NCBI GenBank assembly: GCA_965209035.1
Contig: OZ242372.1
Coordinates: 1,568,001 to 1,632,000, forward strand
DNA length: 64,000 bases
Direction of reading: 5' to 3'
DNA from: Gammaproteobacteria bacterium
GTDB taxonomy: Bacteria > Pseudomonadota > Gammaproteobacteria > CBDBNL01 > JAAOII01
Shown: positions 30,858 to 41,197 of the stretch, piece by piece
Layout of the letters: each line of letters opens with the position of its first letter
Numbering within the stretch: position 1 is the first letter of the stretch
Translations under genes and position numbers: made by a program
Notes under the pieces: generated by a model
The model's input: the letters and a program-made list of their open reading frames with translations, nothing else
What the model was told of the DNA's origin: nothing
Database searches by the model: none

Positions 30858-32432
30858 TCAAAGAACACCGAGTATCTCGAATGCTATCACAGAGAAGATC
30901 GCTAAGGTGGCAATGTAAAACAAGCGTTTATAAAAAACAAGTTTCCGTCGCATTTTTTTTATTTTGGGTTCTTCGCGCCTCTTTGTCAGTTCTCGTCGCG
31001 TGCTTTGCTCCAACAAAAAAAGCGAGTTTGCCGCCAGATCCGGTAACCGCAACAAGAGTTCGGGATACAGGCGGCGGATTTCGCCGAACAGATGTTTGGG
31101 GCCTGTTTCTTGTTTCATCCATTCCGTGAGGTAGGGTTTTGCCGTGTCCCAGACATTCAATTGCGGGTAGAGTTTTCTGCCGAGACCTTCCACATTGATC
31201 AGGGTTTTCTGCAGCAGCAACAGTTGCGGCTGCACTTCCATGTTGAATCGTGCCGCCGTGTACAACAGTCTGGTGAGGACCTTGCCAAAGGAAATCTCTT
31301 CCAAGGATTTGGCAAAGATCGGCTCGCAGACACTGCGCACCGCCGCTTCCAATTGCTCTATCCTGGTTTCGGGAGACACCCAGCCGCAGTTAATGTGTAA
31401 GGCGGCAACGCGGCGATAGTCTCGGTTAAAAAAAGCAAGAAAATTAAGTGCCAGGTATTTCTTGTCGGTGTCCGACAGGGAACCCATAATGCCGAAGTCC
31501 ACTCCTTTGTAAACGGGGTCTTGCGGGTTGTCCGTGCCTACAAAGATATTGCCCGGGTGCATATCCGCATGAAAAAACGAATCACGAAAGACCTGCATAA
31601 AAAAAATGTTCACTCCTTTTTCCGCCAGAACGCGCAGGTTGACACCTCGCCGTTTGAGTTCGTCCACTTCGTCTATGGGAATTCCGTCCATGCGTTCCAT
31701 CACCAGCACCCTGTCGCCGCTATAGTCCCAGTAAATTTTGGGGACGATTAAGAGTTCGGAATCCGCAAAATTGCGCGCAAGTTGAGTTGCATTGGAGCCT
31801 TCCAGTTGCATATCCAACTCGCCGGCAAGTGTGTGTTCAAACTCATTGATGACTTCCCGCAGTCTCAGGCGTTCGCCGCCCTTGAGAATATTGGTGATCA
31901 CGAATGCGACAAAGCGAAGCAAACGAATATCCTTGGCGATGGCTTTTTGTATGCCCGGCTTGATGACCTTGATGACAACTTCTATATTTTCTTTTTTTAA
32001 GCATGCCCGGTGCACCTGGGCAACGGATGCGGATGCGTCCGGCTTTTCGTTAAAATGACTGAAAAAAGTTTCCGGCTCGCCGCCGAGCGATCTTCGGATT
32101 TCGTCCTTAATTTTTTCGGTCGGGCAAGGAGTGACCTTGTCTTGGAGTTTGGACAGTTCTTCTATCAGGCGCGGTTGGAACAGATCCGAGCGGGTGGACA
32201 GGATTTGTCCGAACTTAATGAAGATGGGTCCGAGTTCTTCCAACGCGAGTCGCAATGACTGTTCCGGCGGCAGTCTTTTGCCGAACAAACGACCGAGGCA
32301 AAGAAAGGGCAACAGCAGAAACATTGCCGGCACATAAACGGGCAGAAAAGAATACTTGGGTTTTGCGCCGAACCTGCCCAAATTGTATTTTGCCAGGACA
32401 AACAAAATACGCAGAATGCGAAAGAGGATCAA
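30858..32432 (-). CDS. ubiB: Ubiquinone biosynthesis kinase-like protein
   Basis: LGPIFIKFGQILSTR, SASVAQVH, FFHADMHPGNI, DFGIMG, LQKTLINVEG. Confidence 0.95.
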   Translation of the reverse strand: MILFRILRILFVLAKYNLGRFGAKPKYSFLPVYVPAMFLLLPFLCLGRLFGKRLPPEQSLRLALEELGPIFIKFGQILSTRSDLFQPRLIEELSKLQDKVTPCPTEKIKDEIRRSLGGEPETFFSHFNEKPDASASVAQVHRACLKKENIEVVIKVIKPGIQKAIAKDIRLLRFVAFVITNILKGGERLRLREVINEFEHTLAGELDMQLEGSNATQLARNFADSELLIVPKIYWDYSGDRVLVMERMDGIPIDEVDELKRRGVNLRVLAEKGVNIFFMQVFRDSFFHADMHPGNIFVGTDNPQDPVYKGVDFGIMGSLSDTDKKYLALNFLAFFNRDYRRVAALHINCGWVSPETRIEQLEAAVRSVCEPIFAKSLEEISFGKVLTRLLYTAARFNMEVQPQLLLLQKTLINVEGLGRKLYPQLNVWDTAKPYLTEWMKQETGPKHLFGEIRRLYPELLLRLPDLAANSLFLLEQSTRRELTKRREEPKIKKMRRKLVFYKRLFYIATLAIFSVIAFEILGVL

Positions 32433-33196
32433 GGCTTTACGCCCTGATGAATTGCGACTGCGCCAAAAGACATATTATGGTAAACGCATCCGACAAACCC
32501 GGCATCTTTGAGCATGCCGAGCAGTTCTTCCTGGGAGGGATGAACACGGATCGATTCAACCAGATATCTGTAACTCTTTTCGTCGTTTGCAACCCACTTG
32601 CCGAGCATTGGAATCACATTAAAAGAATACAGGTCGTAAAGTTTGGCAAGATGTTCTTCGGTTACCCGAGAGAACTCCAAAATCAGCAGCCGGCCGCCGC
32701 TGCGCAGTTTTTGCAAAATGCCGGCAAGGGCTTTTTCTTTGTGCGTGACATTGCGTAAGCCAAAAGCAATGAGTGCGAGGTCGAAAGAATTGTCCTCAAA
32801 CGGCAGCTCTTCGGCGTTGGCTTCCACAAATCGGACATTGCGGACAACGCCGGCATTGGTGAGTTTGTCCCTTGCCAGCTGCAGCATCCGCGGGTTGATG
32901 TCGCTCACGGTGAGTTCGGCGTAATCGGGGTAGCGTTTTCCAATCGCCAGGGCAATGTCCCCGCTGCCGGCGGCCAGATCCAAGATATTTGCGTTTGCGA
33001 CAGGCTGCGCGATGTTGATGAACGAATGTTTCCAAAGACGATGCATCCCTCCCGACATCAAGTCGTTCATTAAGTCGTATTTTGAGGATACGGAAGAAAA
33101 AAGATCGTAAACGCGTTTTGATTTTTCCGTGGCGGATACCTTTGCGAACCCGAAACGAAACCGGGGGCCTTTGGATGGGTCTTTGGCGTCGGTCAT
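32429..33196 (-). CDS. ubiE: Ubiquinone/menaquinone C-methyltransferase
   Basis: KYDLMNDLMSGGMHRLWK, LDLAAGSGD, FGLRNVT, YRYLVESIRVHP; start trimmed to MTDAKD at 33196. Confidence 0.95.
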   Translation of the reverse strand: MTDAKDPSKGPRFRFGFAKVSATEKSKRVYDLFSSVSSKYDLMNDLMSGGMHRLWKHSFINIAQPVANANILDLAAGSGDIALAIGKRYPDYAELTVSDINPRMLQLARDKLTNAGVVRNVRFVEANAEELPFEDNSFDLALIAFGLRNVTHKEKALAGILQKLRSGGRLLILEFSRVTEEHLAKLYDLYSFNVIPMLGKWVANDEKSYRYLVESIRVHPSQEELLGMLKDAGFVGCVYHNMSFGAVAIHQGVKP

Positions 33197-33257
33197 TTGG
33201 CGTCGGTCATTTTGAGAGGGCATTTGGAAGGCGGTTGCCGGAAACTGCCGGACAGGC

Positions 33258-34310
33258 CTATGCGGATTGGCGCGGCCAGTATTCAACCAGCGTCTTGATG
33301 AAGGTGGCAAGGGGAATGGCAAACAGGACACCCCAGAGCCCCCAAATATTTCCAAAAACCAATATGGCGACAATAATTGTGACGGGGTTAATGTTACTGA
33401 TTTCCGAAAACAGATAAGGCACCAAAACATTGCCGTCCAGAATCTGGATGATGGTGTATGCCAGAATGATGTAAAAGAAATATTGCTCAAATCCAAACTG
33501 TGAGAAAGCGACTATGCCTACCGGAAATCCCGCCACGAAAGCCCCCACATAAGGAATGATCACGGAAACTCCTGTCCCTAGGGCAAGGAGGAACGAAAAG
33601 TTTAGCCCCATGACAGCAAACACGATCCAAGAAACTATGGCGACGATCAGCATCTCCAATAACTTGCCTCTGATGTACTTCAGCATCTCCACTTTCATTC
33701 GGCCGCCCAAGTCCTCGACCATTTTGTGCTCTTTGGGAAGAAACTTGGAAAAATACTCCAACCATTTGTTGTAATCCTTGAGCAAAAAGAACACCATGAT
33801 CATCACCAGAGAGGAGTAAACCACAGCAGTTAACAAATCCCCCAAGGATGCAAGAGAAGAAGAGAGAATCCGTTGCCCGTAGGCGTTGATGTTTTTTTCG
33901 GTAATGTTGATGAAATTGTCAACATCTCTTTCTTGGATGAACTCGTATCTTTCGGGTAGCAAGTGCAGCCAACGGGTGGCATCTTGTATCATGCCCGGCA
34001 CCGCGTTCACTAACTGGCGTAACCTTTCCCAAAGAACCGGCAGCATCACAAAACTCGCGGTGAAGGATGCCCCGAAAAACAGAAAGAACACCAAAGAAAC
34101 CGCGATAACCCGCCGCAACTTGAAAGTGTTATGCAGCCAGACAACGGCTTCGTTTAGCAGAAAACTTAGAAAAAGGGCGATGAACAACGGCAGCAGATAC
34201 TTGCCAATATAGTAAAAGCCTATGCAAAATAACAAGAAAAGAAACAGGGCGAAGCCCGATTCGCTTGCCGCAAAATATTTAAGATAGGTGTTTTTAATAA
34301 ACTTCCACAT
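33258..34310 (-). CDS. AI-2E family (PerM-like) transporter
   Basis: Polytopic; YIRGKLLE, IPYVGA, IQILDGNVLVP, GVLFAIPLA. Confidence 0.88.
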   Translation of the reverse strand: MWKFIKNTYLKYFAASESGFALFLFLLFCIGFYYIGKYLLPLFIALFLSFLLNEAVVWLHNTFKLRRVIAVSLVFFLFFGASFTASFVMLPVLWERLRQLVNAVPGMIQDATRWLHLLPERYEFIQERDVDNFINITEKNINAYGQRILSSSLASLGDLLTAVVYSSLVMIMVFFLLKDYNKWLEYFSKFLPKEHKMVEDLGGRMKVEMLKYIRGKLLEMLIVAIVSWIVFAVMGLNFSFLLALGTGVSVIIPYVGAFVAGFPVGIVAFSQFGFEQYFFYIILAYTIIQILDGNVLVPYLFSEISNINPVTIIVAILVFGNIWGLWGVLFAIPLATFIKTLVEYWPRQSA

Positions 34311-34385
34311 TTTTTTTCGTGCTTTTTGCTGTTATTCGCTGTTTTTTGCTATTTTGAGGCTGTCTTTTTTTAACCGGAGGCTAAT

Positions 34386-35768
34386 TTAGCACTCTATGAC
34401 ATTGACTGCCAGACCGCCGCGGGCCGTTTCTTTGTATTTGTCTTTCATATCCTCGCCGGTTTCGCGCATGGTTTTGATGACCTTGTCCAAAGAAACAAAA
34501 TGGGTGCCGTCTTGCCGCAGTGCCATGCGCGCCGCATTGATGGCCTTGACGGCACCCATGGCATTGCGCTCAATGCACGGGATCTGCACCAGACCGCCCA
34601 CCGGGTCACAGGTGAGGCCGAGGTTGTGTTCCATGGCGATTTCGGCGGCGTTTTCCACCTGATGGCAACTGCCACCCATGGCTTCGGCGAGTCCGCCGGC
34701 GGCCATGGAGCAAGCACTCCCCACCTCGCCCTGACAGCCGACTTCCGCTCCGGAAATAGAGGCATTCTTTTTGTAAAGGCTGCCGATGGCACCGGCTGCC
34801 AAGAAAAACCGCACAATTCCCGTTTCATCGGCGCCTTTGCAGAAGTTGGTATAGTAGTGCAGAACCGCCGGTATGATGCCGGCCGCTCCGTTGGTCGGCG
34901 CCGTGACCACTCTGCCACCGCCCGCATTTTCTTCGTTAACCGCGATTGCATAAACATTCACCCAGTCCATATCTTGGAGGCCGGGACTAATCATGTCCAC
35001 CGCGGATTTTTTTCGCAGATCCTCGCAGAGCTCCTTGGCGCGTCGTTTGACCTTTAATCCGCCGGGTAAGATTCCTTCGTTGCGGATGCCGTTTTGCACG
35101 CATTCTTGCATCACCGCCCAAATCTTTAAAAGACCGGCTGTCACCTCCTTTTTGGCACGCCATGCCTTTTCGTTCTCCATTTCCAGGTCGCTGATGGCAA
35201 GGCGATGTTTTTCGCAAAGTCGGATGAGTTCCGCTGCGGAATCAAAGGGATAAGGCACTTTGATGTGATCTTCGCTGATTTGTCGGTTTCCCGCCGCGTC
35301 TTCGGTGACGACGAAGCCGCCGCCGACAGAATAGTAGGTTTTTTTGAGCAAGAGATCACCGTTCGCATCCGTGGCGACACAACACATGCCGTTTGAATGA
35401 TACTTCAGTTGTTTGCGTTTGTGGAATATCATATCCTTGTCCGGATGAAATGGGATATCCCGCTCGCCAAACAAAGAGATTGATTTTTCCCGCATCACGC
35501 GCTCAATGCGTTGTTCCGTGTGCGTTGGGTCAAATGTTTCCGGCTTTTCACCTTCCAGACCGAGTATGACCGCTTTTTCCGTTCCGTGCGCTTTGCCGGT
35601 CGCGCCGAGAGAGCCGTAAAGTTCTATGCCAATGTGCGCTGTTTTTTCCATCATCTTTTCCTGTTTCAGGGCATCGCCAAACATTCGCGTGGCCTTCATA
35701 GGGCCAACCGTATGTGAACTGGACGGGCCGATTCCAATTGAAAAGAGTTCAAAAACGCTTAATGCCAT
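34386..35768 (-). CDS. sdaA: L-serine ammonia-lyase (Fe-S)
   Basis: [46 protein letters not shown]. Confidence 0.97.
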   Translation of the reverse strand: MALSVFELFSIGIGPSSSHTVGPMKATRMFGDALKQEKMMEKTAHIGIELYGSLGATGKAHGTEKAVILGLEGEKPETFDPTHTEQRIERVMREKSISLFGERDIPFHPDKDMIFHKRKQLKYHSNGMCCVATDANGDLLLKKTYYSVGGGFVVTEDAAGNRQISEDHIKVPYPFDSAAELIRLCEKHRLAISDLEMENEKAWRAKKEVTAGLLKIWAVMQECVQNGIRNEGILPGGLKVKRRAKELCEDLRKKSAVDMISPGLQDMDWVNVYAIAVNEENAGGGRVVTAPTNGAAGIIPAVLHYYTNFCKGADETGIVRFFLAAGAIGSLYKKNASISGAEVGCQGEVGSACSMAAGGLAEAMGGSCHQVENAAEIAMEHNLGLTCDPVGGLVQIPCIERNAMGAVKAINAARMALRQDGTHFVSLDKVIKTMRETGEDMKDKYKETARGGLAVNVIEC

Positions 35769-35945
35769 CTCTTATCCCTTATTCTTTGTCCTTCGCTCGT
35801 GCTTGCACTTGTTTTTTGATGCGAATAAATGAATGAATGAATGTACGAGGATTGCGGTCCCGCGGATATTTTCGTTGAGACAATAAAGCACCGCCAAAAG
35901 ATTGTCCGCCATTACTTCGTTTTGCCCCGCTTCGTTTTGTTTCGC

Positions 35946-37190
35946 TTAGCTCGAATATACCGGAAATCGTTTACAAAGAGCGACGACGGCCTGTTGTATT
36001 TCCGTTATCAGGTTTTCGTTGTCCGGCTCATCCAAAATATCGCATATCCAAGCGGCGGTTTGGCGTACTTCCTCTTCCTTAAAGCCGCGTGTTGTGCATG
36101 CGGGGGTGCCGAGCCGCACTCCGCTGGTAACAAACGGGGAACGCGTGTCGTTCGGCACGGCATTCTTATTCAGAGTGATGTTGGCTTTGCCCAGGGCTTC
36201 TTCGGCTTTTTTCCCGCTGAGGTCTCGGTCGGTGAAAGAAACCAACATCAGATGATTATCCGTTCCGCCGGAAACCACCTGATATCCTCGTTGCATGATC
36301 ACCTCCGCCATCACGCGGGCATTCTTAACGACTTGTTTTTGATATTCTTTAAACTCGGGTTTCAACGCTTCGCCGAAGGCAACCGCCTTTGCGGCAATCA
36401 CATGCATCAGCGGGCCGCCCTGCATGCCGGGGAACACCGCGGAGTTCAATTTCTTGTCAAGTTCCGGCTGTCCTTTGGTTAGGATGATCCCGCCGCGCGG
36501 TCCGCGCAACGATTTGTGGGTGGTGCTGGTGACCACATGGGCATGTTCAAGCGGGTTGTCATATAGGCCCGCGGCAACCAGCCCGGCAACATGCGCCATA
36601 TCCACCAACAGGTAAGCGCCGACTTCGTCGGCAATTGCGCGCATCACTTTCCAGTCCACTTGACGGGAATGTGCGGAAAACCCTCCGATGAGCATTTTGG
36701 GCTTGTGTTCCCGTGCCAGATTACGCATATTGTCGTAGTCCGTCCAGCCGTCTTCCTTCAACCCATAATGAATGGCTTTGTAAATCTTGCCCGAAAAATT
36801 AACCGGCGAGCCGTGGGTTAAATGACCTCCTTCGGCTAAGTTCATTCCCAACACAAGATCATGCGGGTTGAGTAACGCCATAAAGGCGGCCGCATTTGCC
36901 TGGGCGCCGGAATGCGGCTGCACATTCGCATAGTCCGCGCCAAAAAGTTCTTTGACTCTGTCCAGAGCCAGTTGCTCTACGATATCCACATGCTCGCAGC
37001 CGCCGTAGTATCTTTTCCCCGGATAACCTTCCGCGTACTTGTTGGTCAGGACGGTCCCTTGGGCCGCCATGGCAACGGAACTTGCGTAGTTTTCCGAAGC
37101 GATTAATTCAATATGTTCTTCTTGCCGAAGTTCTTCGCCGCGAATTGCCGCTGCGAGCTCCGGGTCGGATTTTTCTATCAGATGTTGCAT
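35946..37190 (-). CDS. glyA: Serine hydroxymethyltransferase
   Basis: [41 protein letters not shown]. Confidence 0.98.
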   Translation of the reverse strand: MQHLIEKSDPELAAAIRGEELRQEEHIELIASENYASSVAMAAQGTVLTNKYAEGYPGKRYYGGCEHVDIVEQLALDRVKELFGADYANVQPHSGAQANAAAFMALLNPHDLVLGMNLAEGGHLTHGSPVNFSGKIYKAIHYGLKEDGWTDYDNMRNLAREHKPKMLIGGFSAHSRQVDWKVMRAIADEVGAYLLVDMAHVAGLVAAGLYDNPLEHAHVVTSTTHKSLRGPRGGIILTKGQPELDKKLNSAVFPGMQGGPLMHVIAAKAVAFGEALKPEFKEYQKQVVKNARVMAEVIMQRGYQVVSGGTDNHLMLVSFTDRDLSGKKAEEALGKANITLNKNAVPNDTRSPFVTSGVRLGTPACTTRGFKEEEVRQTAAWICDILDEPDNENLITEIQQAVVALCKRFPVYSS

Positions 37191-37475
37191 ATTTTTTTCC
37201 TCTTAATTAAAATATAGTTCTTTCATTTTACAACAGGTTCTTTATTTTATGTTTTGAAGATGAACCGCATGCTGCAATGCATCATCCCGGCAAGGGTTGC
37301 ACTCTAAGTGATATCCATATCTTGTAGTTCCGCAGGTGCCGCCCGATTCTCAAGGCGAAACCGATTGGCTAACTTCTTTGGGGCATTTCAAACTGCTCTA
37401 TTAATGAATGTACTAATGCTTAGGGAATAACTCTTGCAAGTTTTATTCGGATAACCCAAAACCGGACGGGATGAT

Positions 37476-38671
37476 TGTATGATCCCACCCATTTCCAGAC
37501 TTTTGTTGTTTTTGCAAAAATTGGATCGGCGAGAGTTGTTTGAGAGCATAATAGAGGCGTTCGCGATGATACCAAGCCAACCACTCGATGAGTTTGGCGA
37601 AGACCGCTCAATGAGTCTAGCCCCTTAATTGTTACTTACGTTTGGGTTTGGGTTCGTATTTGTCTATATCATTAATATCCCAATGATTCTCCTTGAAAAA
37701 CTGATTACGCAGATACAGACCGGCCAACAGATGCACCGACTGCACAGTGCCCACCGCTTTGATTATTCCCTTCGTCTCTTCGGTTGCCGATATATTCCTT
37801 TCAACAAAAGCGTAGATCACTTCCGCAACTTGATAAAGATCGCCTTGCTCTTCTTGTTCCGAGTTAAGTTTTTTTAGATCCTTATTCCATTCTTCCCGAT
37901 GCTCGTCCACATATTCCATCAGCCCGCTACTTTCCAGTATCGCTTCACCGATGTCGGTCATATTGAGAGGAGATGCTTTTTGAGAATATAAAGCGCGTTC
38001 TTCTTCAACCGAATCTCTCTTTGCCATGTTTCCCAAAACAGTAAGAATTTTTACGGTATCACGATGCATATCTTCTCTTAACTCTCTTTTATCTTCTCTT
38101 AACTCTCTTTTAACTTCTTTTATTTCTGTTTTAACTTCCTTTATTTCTGTTCTAACTTGTTTCATTTCTGTTTGGACTTCTTTTATTTTTGTTTGGACTT
38201 CTTTTATTTCTGTTTGGACTTCTTTTATTTCTGTTTGGACTTCTTGTTGGCTCACTTCCAACCGCTTGATACCCTTATATATTGAAATGAACGCATATTC
38301 GCCAATTAAACCAATCACAAGTGATAACAAAAATATCAAAAGAATCACAAACCAATTGTTTGCCGAAACCTGCCCGTATGTAATCGCCGTGTCGTAAACC
38401 GTCATCGTGGATAAAACGGAAAATACAATAAGCCCCAGGGCCGCCGTGAATTTCGCACGACCGCTTAATTTGAGATCTGTGCGTTTATTCATCGGCAATC
38501 ACTCCTCCTCAAATTCATAAAATAGTGTCCTCTATCCTCCCGCATTTGTTATGATGTTCCCCTTTTTAATAAACTGCATTGCCCTAATGATATCTTACCA
38601 CAAAACCTTTTAGAAATTTTATCATTATATAATTCCAAACTCAGAGTCCGGAACCTTTATGAGATCATGCA
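37476..38671 (-). mobile_element. Non-autonomous IS481-ended cassette (1196 bp) carrying a passenger gene; 5-bp TSD ATGAT
   Basis: 37476-37599 is the reverse complement of the IS481 right 124 bp; 38631-38671 is the reverse complement of the left 41 bp; ATGAT at 37471-37475 and 38672-38676. Confidence 0.9.
37632..38498 (-). CDS. Passenger: two-TM membrane protein with heptad-repeat coiled coil
   Basis: Two hydrophobic helices, (EIKEVQT)n from 21-bp repeats, GAGGAG RBS upstream. Confidence 0.8.
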   Translation of the reverse strand: MPMNKRTDLKLSGRAKFTAALGLIVFSVLSTMTVYDTAITYGQVSANNWFVILLIFLLSLVIGLIGEYAFISIYKGIKRLEVSQQEVQTEIKEVQTEIKEVQTKIKEVQTEMKQVRTEIKEVKTEIKEVKRELREDKRELREDMHRDTVKILTVLGNMAKRDSVEEERALYSQKASPLNMTDIGEAILESSGLMEYVDEHREEWNKDLKKLNSEQEEQGDLYQVAEVIYAFVERNISATEETKGIIKAVGTVQSVHLLAGLYLRNQFFKENHWDINDIDKYEPKPKRK

Positions 38672-38685
38672 ATGATGCCCGGAGA

Positions 38686-39984
38686 TGCATGATCTCATAA
38701 AGGTTCTGGACTCTGAGTTCGGCATTGTGCGTCCTCAGATCAAGCGGCCGGAGGTTCTGTCGGACGGGTCGAAAATAGATCCGGCAACGGGCCTTCGGTA
38801 TGTGGAGCTAGATGAATGAAACGGGCAAGAAGGACGGATAGCTGTTTTGCTCTCACCGCCGCAGACAGCGGAGGCTTGTTGTTGATAAAACTGTCTAGGT
38901 GTATCCGCTGGCGAGACGGTACGGTTTGTGAGGGCAGCCGGACTGCACATTGGAAATGAGAGGGACACGTTTACGCTACATTGGTTATCGCGTGCGCGGT
39001 TTCAATAAAATGGTGGTTTTAGCAAATCAATATTTAAACATGTCTAAAACCACCAAAATAAAACTGGACACCTTGGCGTTCGCGCGCAAACATGGTGTCG
39101 CGGCCGCGTTGGATCATACCAGGATCAGTCGTGCTACATTCTACGAGTGGCAGCGGCGTTTCCGTGAAGGCGGGGTCGATGAACTGGCGAACAACTATGG
39201 GTATCAGCCCAAGCGGTCCAACACCTGGCCACCGGCACTGATTACCAAGATCCGATCTTGGCGACAACAGCGTCCGAACATCGGTGCCGGTAAACTGGTC
39301 TGCTTGTTACCCGAATGGTGTCAGCAGCGCGGGCTGCCGCTGCCCAGCCAATCAACGCTCTCTCGCATCATTGCCGATGACCCGGATAAGATGCGGTGCA
39401 AACCATCGCGGTCCGTGCCGAAACGCCCGCGGCATGGTGCTCCGCGCGAGCGCAAGGACACCCGCTTTGTTGCGGGCCGGAGAGGTGAATGTGTTGCCTT
39501 TGATACGCTCGTCCGCATCGTCGATGGCCGGCGCTTTTATTGGCATGTCGGCATTGACCTATTTTCCCGCTTCTCACTGGTCAGTGTCGACACCTCCGCT
39601 GCTTCGGCCAGTTCCGCCCGGCTCTTTACCGCCATGCAAAACATACTCGGCACTCGGATCGAAAAAGTCCTCACCGATAATGGCAGTGAGTTCGCCAAAG
39701 ACTTTCACCGGGTCGTGACCGCAAACGGCAGCACCCACTGGTATACCTATCCAAGGAAACCGCAAATGAATGCACACTGCGAACGGTTTAATCGCACTCT
39801 CTGGGAAGAGTTCGGTTGTCATATGCGGCATCTCTTGGTTAAGGATATGCCGGCATTCAACGCCAAACTCATCGAGTGGTTGGCTTGGTATAATCTGGAA
39901 CGTCCCCATTATGCTCTCAAACAACTCTCGCCAATCCAGTTTTTGCAAAAACAACAAAAGTCCAGAAATGGGTGGGATCATACA
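38686..39984 (+). mobile_element. IS481-family insertion sequence, copy 2 (no matching TSD)
   Basis: Near-identical to 16534-17837; flanks GGAGA / GGTAA do not match. Confidence 0.92.
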
Positions 39985-40218
39985 GGTAAGCAGACATCAA
40001 ATTTTTTGGAAATCTGTTGGCGGGTTGTTAGGTCGCCGAGGTTACCGGGATGCTTGTTTAACTTAAAAGAATACTTGAAAAGATACCCGGGACAGATTCT
40101 AACTCCTCTATGCATCTCTATGCATCCCTCATTCACTAATGCCCTAATGCTTAGGGAACAACTCTCGCCGGTTCGCTGCGGACAAAACCGGAAAAATCTC
40201 CAAAACCGGGCGGGATAG
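38950..40218 (+). CDS. IS481-family transposase, reading through the right end into flanking DNA
   Basis: Same motifs as copy 1; no stop codon inside the element. Confidence 0.9.
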   Translation: MEMRGTRLRYIGYRVRGFNKMVVLANQYLNMSKTTKIKLDTLAFARKHGVAAALDHTRISRATFYEWQRRFREGGVDELANNYGYQPKRSNTWPPALITKIRSWRQQRPNIGAGKLVCLLPEWCQQRGLPLPSQSTLSRIIADDPDKMRCKPSRSVPKRPRHGAPRERKDTRFVAGRRGECVAFDTLVRIVDGRRFYWHVGIDLFSRFSLVSVDTSAASASSARLFTAMQNILGTRIEKVLTDNGSEFAKDFHRVVTANGSTHWYTYPRKPQMNAHCERFNRTLWEEFGCHMRHLLVKDMPAFNAKLIEWLAWYNLERPHYALKQLSPIQFLQKQQKSRNGWDHTGKQTSNFLEICWRVVRSPRLPGCLFNLKEYLKRYPGQILTPLCISMHPSFTNALMLREQLSPVRCGQNRKNLQNRAG

Positions 40219-40312
40219 GACACAACCTTTAAAAAGGTCCGTTCGCTTCTCATATAATACTTCTTATCACAAGTTATAGTTTGTTCTTACATTAATAATC
40301 ATCAATCATCGG

Positions 40313-41197
40313 TTGAAAATGTTCCTCATATTGCGCGGCCTGGCATATCATTTCTTTTTGTATGTCGTGGTATTTTTAATGAGTGCCTTTTTGGTGCCAC
40401 TGCACCTTTTTGTTCCGCGGGTGCATTCCTATTTTTATTATTGTCAAAGTCGGGTGTTCAGTTTTTTCTTGCTGTGGACTGCGGGAGTGCGGTTACGCAC
40501 GAGCGGCGTCCGACATTTTCGCGAACTGGGTAAAAAATCGTGCATTCTGATCTCCAATCATGTAACCACTCTGGATGTGCCAATTCAATTGCGCGCCCTG
40601 CGCGAGTACAATGTGTGCATTGTGTATAGTCATCGCGTGGTTGTGGGTATCCCCTTGATCGGTCCTTTGGTGATGCGCGTGTTCAATTCCTTCGGTTGGT
40701 TAAGTATTAAGCGCGGTGCGGCGGATATTTCGGGGTTAAAGGAATTGATTACCGATGCCTTGGACGGCAAAAGAAAAAGAATCATATTAAGTGTTTATCC
40801 GGAAGGCAACAGGAGTGCGGACGGGTCCTTGTCACCTTTTCAAAAGGGGGCTTTTTACTTGGCAATGCGTTTGCAGTTGCCTATTGTACCTATTCTCATG
40901 CAGGGTGTGTCCGCCCTGCACCGGCGAGAAACGCTTGCGGTGCGCGGCGGCCCGGTGGGTGTGGATGTGTTGCCGCCGATTTATCCGCCGAAATTGACGG
41001 CAGACCTTTCCAATCCAAGGGAATTTATGAAGCAACTTAAACGGGGGGCGGATGCCCTGCAAGCCCAAGCGGAGAATATATATACCGGTGTGCCGAATTT
41101 GAATTGGGACGCGCAGGCTTACCGTAAGTCGCTCAACCTCAACAAACAAGGAGGATCTGTGGAAGCGCTAAAAACGCATACGGGACAACCGGCATGA
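40313..41197 (+). CDS. Lysophospholipid acyltransferase (PlsC-like)
   Basis: SNHVTTLD (NHX4D), YPEGNRS, FQKGAF, PIVPI. Confidence 0.88.
   Translation: MKMFLILRGLAYHFFLYVVVFLMSAFLVPLHLFVPRVHSYFYYCQSRVFSFFLLWTAGVRLRTSGVRHFRELGKKSCILISNHVTTLDVPIQLRALREYNVCIVYSHRVVVGIPLIGPLVMRVFNSFGWLSIKRGAADISGLKELITDALDGKRKRIILSVYPEGNRSADGSLSPFQKGAFYLAMRLQLPIVPILMQGVSALHRRETLAVRGGPVGVDVLPPIYPPKLTADLSNPREFMKQLKRGADALQAQAENIYTGVPNLNWDAQAYRKSLNLNKQGGSVEALKTHTGQPA

Noticed and set aside
33197-33496. 100-aa N-terminal extension of UbiE (and similar extensions of GcvP, GcvH, LolB)
   Set aside because: Overlap upstream genes or repeats; downstream ATGs give normal lengths.
38070-38250. 21-bp periodic repeat as a CRISPR or iteron array
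   Set aside because: No spacers; encodes coiled-coil heptads.
37476-39984. Cassette + IS481 already transposed together as a composite transposon
   Set aside because: Outer flanks ATGAT and GGTAA do not match; the cassette has its own TSD.
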